Of a stretch of 61,879 nucleotides of DNA, positions 60,001 through 61,879 are shown in pieces. Numbering within the stretch: position 1 is the first letter of the stretch; each line of letters opens with the position of its first letter. A program made the position numbers and the translations under genes. The DNA comes from an uncultured Bifidobacterium sp. (GTDB lineage: Bacteria; Planctomycetota; Phycisphaerae; Phycisphaerales; SM1A02): positions 1 through 61,879 of the forward strand of contig CAZKHO010000001.1 of NCBI GenBank assembly GCA_964552505.1, in the 5' to 3' direction. Below the pieces are notes generated by a model, which was not told the origin of the DNA, did not search any database, and saw only the letters and a list, made by a program, of their open reading frames with translations.

Positions 60001-61245
60001 GGCATGGCCTCCGCCGACGCCGACGACCATGCGGCCGCCATCCCCTCGCTGGAGCGCGCACTGGGCGTCGCCGGCGGGCCGGAGCCGCTGCAGGACTGGG
60101 ACCACGCGCATGCGCTGGCCACGCTGGCGAGCTGCCACGCTGCACTGGGCCACCACGCGGAGGCACTTGAACTGGAGCGACGCTGCGAGCAGGCCGTCCT
60201 GGCCGACGGCAACCTGAGCAACGCCGTCCGCTGCTGCATCCGTCAGGTGACCTGCCTGACGTCGGTGGGCGACCTGGCCGGCGCCGAAGTGGCTTCCGCG
60301 CGGTGCGTGTCGCACGCCCAGCGTTCCGGTGAACGCCGGCTGCTGGCGCTGGCGCACCTCCGCCGTGGCGAGTTCCTCCGGGATCGCGAACGGCACGCCG
60401 ACGCGATCGACCACTTCGGACAGGCCATCGACGCTGCGCGTCAGCCCGAACCCATTCCCGACTGGCCCCTGGCCACCGCCATCATGGGACTCAGCACCAG
60501 TCTGGCCGCCACGGGCGACCTGCCGCAGGCGCTGGATCTGCTCCAGCCCGTGATCGACGCCGCGCTGGACGCGCAGGATCATGCGGAAGCCGCGCAACTG
60601 CTTGAGCATCGAGGACAACTGCTGGGGGAGGCCGACCGCCTGGAGGAGGCCGCCATTGCGCTTGCGTCCATGGCGCGTCATCACAGCCTGGCCAAGGACG
60701 CCGATGGACGCGCGAAGGGACTGCTGTTGCACGCCTCGTGCCTGGAACGCCTTGGGCGAAGCGAAGAAGCCGGACGCGTGCTGGCCGCGATGCTGGATCC
60801 GGGACCGGACGGCATCGAGACCGAGGACGCCGTGGCGGCCGCCTGCTCCTGCTGCCCGGCGCTGGCCGAGGCCCAGCCGGAACTGGCGGGTCGGCTGGCG
60901 CGTCCCGCGCTTCGTCAGGTGTTCGCGCTGGCGCGCTCGCGCGGCGACGCCGTGATGGCCGCGCTGGACCTGGCCATCCTGCTGCCTTCGCTGGGCCCCA
61001 CCCTGGTGACGGAGCCCGTCATCCTGGCCACCGACGCGCTGCTCCGGCACCTGCTGCAGGCACTGCAGACGCTGGAGCGCGCCAACCTGAAGGGCCGTCA
61101 CCCCGAGATGCTCCGTGACGGCTCCGTGCGTGCGATGGTGGCGCAGGCATGGGACTTCGCCTCCACCCTGCTGGACGCCACAGGCGATCCACGCAGCGCC
61201 GCGGGCGCCCGGGAAAGCGCCGAACTCTGGAGGAAGGCCCCATGA
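54049..61245 (+). CDS. Giant (2398 aa) STAND protein: HEPN-like domain (RNxxxH), NACHT-type NTPase and a very long TPR array
   Basis: RNDLEH at nt 54508-54525. The N-terminal region aligns by eye with the 43753 protein (LPMVIARPLQRL / LPLVIARPLEAL; TLRFLGQVCISDYL / TLRFLCLICQVDYL). Walker A GEPGSGKTGI (about 55168-55194). Walker B LVVVLDGLNEHP. About 1700 aa of TPR-like repeats. Confidence 0.85.
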   Translation: MSDGSFQPEHTSRELITSLPMVIARPLQRLMAAGSSTDLNDAAKMTLNYTLRFLGQVCISDYLAADDWYDPIVTGLVQDRVKRNSMGHWVEITRAIISSAAARRRTMFLQELPDTWQRTEFAQPLRLSGVSCDEDGPVAPQRRFGRLEYLLKHRNDLEHGRIMSTDEAKAEEFRLRTVEALAEYAWLGRYEVLLQDPSGWWRCRGLHPMLISTSDPGKRPELHLRLPDPGSAAGARSLRLLPLVVPRSLVSADAAGGETDIAVYGQMVGERQAQYTGPSLDTRTRRVGEFGSALATTIEELHALLRRKEFPLLGREGLTAEQIRERIRAATDLTFRTLHDSRKYTPELHVPRESCEDRLADWLRSPLPLLGVHGEPGSGKTGILASLVRRWNGTEGGPAVLFLLAAKFADAGSLDALVEQALRLHDVSLERLASHEQLNGLVVVLDGLNEHPARERLLSDILQQAHRSRERGVGARFLISWRTDDRAWIEPALAERALWWDPGAQRVASVRTTGSRDDWGTQLAALRERLRPAGSDTRETPRTSVATDGQAQAAPNRSGSGPTGPAPELDRGTAGETPAGSHANDRAAAHPALRVPALDDAEAARIWERYREREPHRLNPGFSLEDLGRSSRWAHRALASPLGIRIALETFHEREVPSSDEAESLFFSFLSHLERGSTGPAVRRLLDTVSRLVLASRRNRVELREIEAAGGSDLLFATPESAMDRLVRRGVLSMLRSPDGRDACAFTVERVAEHALGRVLSEADEASDPSWLANRAVQLQDLTLSKGAVEAALHLLSDRHGIDYVFRFVDAVPSEHAGIAGRALGAHLLRSGPDGAADVAEGLLSQRTDSDFEVARAAADYLWWSEGADAAVELAFLDAVAEPALEAFLSGNETAGEVLRQYAQCLIQHHHASSEDDAPAGEASGSIEWLEDVLRRAEGVAPLGPVLALMHELGRHLLRDDRDADAAACFGRVVERLAGADRSDPALQRQFLLALHQQARALERCERFAEALAAYRRGPLEASRHPHQPGWTSDDDDAGEARCLEGLGRWEEALPLRERLLHAAEASGDRRDIAIALEFVARAQRNSGLVEEAIECFERSLRTGLEPTRCENWYPAVLANALARAEGARGNHDAAVGWRRRCLAFVQADLESGLAERRNVAIELELLGDALREAGRLDEAVAQYHASLDMGMNPEWCDRWSPVLATIELARCHVSAGRHDRAEAEMEQLVQRTREHGEALHLARALLAQASILQQLDRHEDAIVCLEAAVTEGDERAVSAGWSPTEALESLVESREALGDLEGARADVRRILELVEAGGDRRAKAIALEREARLLRALGRHAEALDAAGRSLDAGLLPEPCRDWSPYPAAEMMVESLEAMDRRPEALEAAREMVRRVEPCSRRSRAIVLELLGDTLERADRPEEAIRAFLQSTEVGMTPAPVARWSLATAPRKAARLLLRLDRVDEAMTLLKESQLRSLRHSDRAASANDLELDADMLREEERLREAAEIYGRSIQVGMQPRQAPGWSPRGSLWGLADALARLGDHKGSLDAAERYLAAARMDQDRRAEVIGLEIRAYAHLGLGQLDAAERDARASIAAATQGKWVGEWSPIPSGQTVAKALAGLGRAAEVPAFWHSIAQLCDHESVRRARAIALELQGDALKDAGHPEEAIKAFRAALESGMHPHRCSNWNPLVLLHKKFRCRQALAQWPQALEGADAYLAMARRVENSFGLAVGHELRCLALLELGRHFEALEAARKALDAGMGPPWVRGWRVTAVTPLVAAALRGQDRASDVAPTLHQIAERAGSLGHAQAKATVLVQAGEAFAKDGDESSAVEVLQEAVTLAETHEDQALLVRAVAALRQPLMRLGRHAEALGHVTRMLERARVAGQTPTVAEALCLRAELLNELGQHQEALRDAGEAIDRGCEGPWSEDWSPLAAADATERAMVALQRTREVPTFWSSIAARATHGGRRLEQAEALLRSGMASADADDHAAAIPSLERALGVAGGPEPLQDWDHAHALATLASCHAALGHHAEALELERRCEQAVLADGNLSNAVRCCIRQVTCLTSVGDLAGAEVASARCVSHAQRSGERRLLALAHLRRGEFLRDRERHADAIDHFGQAIDAARQPEPIPDWPLATAIMGLSTSLAATGDLPQALDLLQPVIDAALDAQDHAEAAQLLEHRGQLLGEADRLEEAAIALASMARHHSLAKDADGRAKGLLLHASCLERLGRSEEAGRVLAAMLDPGPDGIETEDAVAAACSCCPALAEAQPELAGRLARPALRQVFALARSRGDAVMAALDLAILLPSLGPTLVTEPVILATDALLRHLLQALQTLERANLKGRHPEMLRDGSVRAMVAQAWDFASTLLDATGDPRSAAGARESAELWRKAP
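57139..60099 (+). repeat. Strictly periodic 82-aa (246-nt) super-repeat within the TPR array
   Basis: The conserved motif G-(L/M)-x-P-x(4)-W-(S/Y)-P has its Trp codon at 57139, 57385, 57646, 57892, 58138, 58381, 58627, 58873, 59119, 59365, 59851 and 60097. Spacings are 246, 261, 246, 246, 243, 246, 246, 246, 246, 486 (2x243) and 246 nt. The copies are diverged at the DNA level. Confidence 0.75.
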
Positions 61246-61583
61246 AGCGATCGTCCGTCACCGCCGCGGCCGCGGCCGCCCTGCTTGCCATGACCGCACT
61301 GGCGCTGATGGCCGCCCGTCCCGACGGACCGCACGGTCGCTGCGTGGGCATGTTCCTGGATCCCTCGCCGGGCGGCGGCAGCTCGCGCCTGCCGAAGGAG
61401 GTGCCGGCGGACGCCAACAACCTGACCGTGCGCGGCACCGTGCCGTGCGCGGGCAACGTGATGGCCTGGAGCGCGCGCGGCCCCTATCGCGTCTTCGAGG
61501 ACGGCACCGTGGAGTTCCTGGCGTCGCCCATCCCACCGTGCCCCGGCGGCGACTTCTACGTGTGGATCGCGTTTCCCAACTGA
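61242..61583 (+). CDS. Small secreted Cys-containing protein, ATGA-coupled to the STAND gene
   Basis: ATGA overlap at 61242-61245. Signal peptide MKRSSVTAAAAAALLAMTALALMAA. Four Cys in the mature part. No family recognised. Confidence 0.55.
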   Translation: MKRSSVTAAAAAALLAMTALALMAARPDGPHGRCVGMFLDPSPGGGSSRLPKEVPADANNLTVRGTVPCAGNVMAWSARGPYRVFEDGTVEFLASPIPPCPGGDFYVWIAFPN

Positions 61584-61727
61584 GGACCGGCGCCTCACGC
61601 AGGCCGTGCACACGGCGGTTGCGACTATGCTCCGCGCCGTGCGTCTCCCCCGCCCCGCCGCCGAACAGGTCTCTGGCTCCCGGGCGCATGGTGACATGAC
61701 GCGGCCGCCCACATCCCAGGTGCATCC

Positions 61728-61879
61728 ATGACGCTCTTCCTGGTCAGCCTGGCGCTGACCTACATCATCACCGTCTACTTCCTGACCAACCCGCTGCGAC
61801 ACGGGCGCCCGTTCATGTGGCGCCGGTTCACCAACTGGTTCCCGCTGGGCATGACGTACTCGTTCCTCTACATGGGGCG
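61728..61879 (+). CDS. 5' end of a membrane protein gene (possibly an MFS-type transporter), truncated by the window edge
   Basis: ATG at 61728, open to the end of the window. MTLFLVSLALTYIITVYFL...NWFPLGMTYSFLYMG is hydrophobic and reminiscent of MFS N-termini. Not in the ORF track because it is incomplete. Confidence 0.35.
   Translation, partial: MTLFLVSLALTYIITVYFLTNPLRHGRPFMWRRFTNWFPLGMTYSFLYMG

Noticed and set aside
52335-61101. ORFs 52335..56492 (+, 1385 aa), 54718..56064 (-), 56134..58071 (-, 645 aa) and 58258..61101 (-, 947 aa)
   Set aside because: They are off-frame or antisense to the pLGIC-like gene and the 2398-aa STAND gene. They are Arg/Gly/Ala/His-rich with no P-loop or TPR periodicity.
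1-61879. CRISPR arrays, rRNA genes, IS elements, prophage or integrative-element boundaries
   Set aside because: I saw no regularly spaced short direct repeats with unique spacers, no rRNA-like conserved segments, no transposase or integrase-like ORFs, and no long terminal inverted or direct repeats. The repeats present are intragenic protein repeats (LRR, TPR, the 246-nt super-repeat, the 680-nt duplication).

Overview
Very GC-rich (about 70% by eye, not computed) bacterial chromosomal window, tightly packed with about 48 protein genes. There are no rRNA genes, CRISPR arrays, integrases or transposases. It opens in the 3' part of a tRNA(CAU) gene followed by a strong hairpin. Positions 0.3-14.7 kb are cell-envelope and regulatory genes. 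They include a PEP-CTERM protein, a DUF4236 protein, a lipoprotein trio (FKBP-fused lipoprotein, LpoB-like, YcfL-like), two paralogous secreted proteins, a DUF4384/S8 subtilase, and an ECF sigma / anti-sigma-like module. Positions 14.7-61.6 kb are an unusually dense run of modules typical of NTPase-dependent conflict or defence systems, none of which is a textbook system. (1) A Rad50/SbcC-like zinc-hook ABC ATPase with a PD-(D/E)xK protein, an HD protein and a small helical protein. (2) An HExxH membrane protein plus a TM-anchored Hjc-like nuclease. (3) A TerB-J-domain protein, a J-like protein and a Cas9-type HNH nuclease. (4) A six-gene operon ending in a MoxR AAA+ / VWA pair, preceded by two LRR proteins (one GYF-fused), an ankyrin giant and a membrane-anchored giant. 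(5) Divergent from that operon, a UvrD-like helicase coupled to a GYF-trypsin-YbjN protease. (6) Two divergent YbjN-like acidic proteins. (7) A CorA-like membrane protein. (8) Two paralogous giant HEPN-like/NACHT/TPR STAND proteins, one with an N-terminal SAM domain. (9) A Cys-loop-channel homologue with no signal peptide. Many long antisense or off-frame ORFs in the track are GC artefacts and were rejected. All family assignments come from motifs read by eye and need HMM or structure confirmation.
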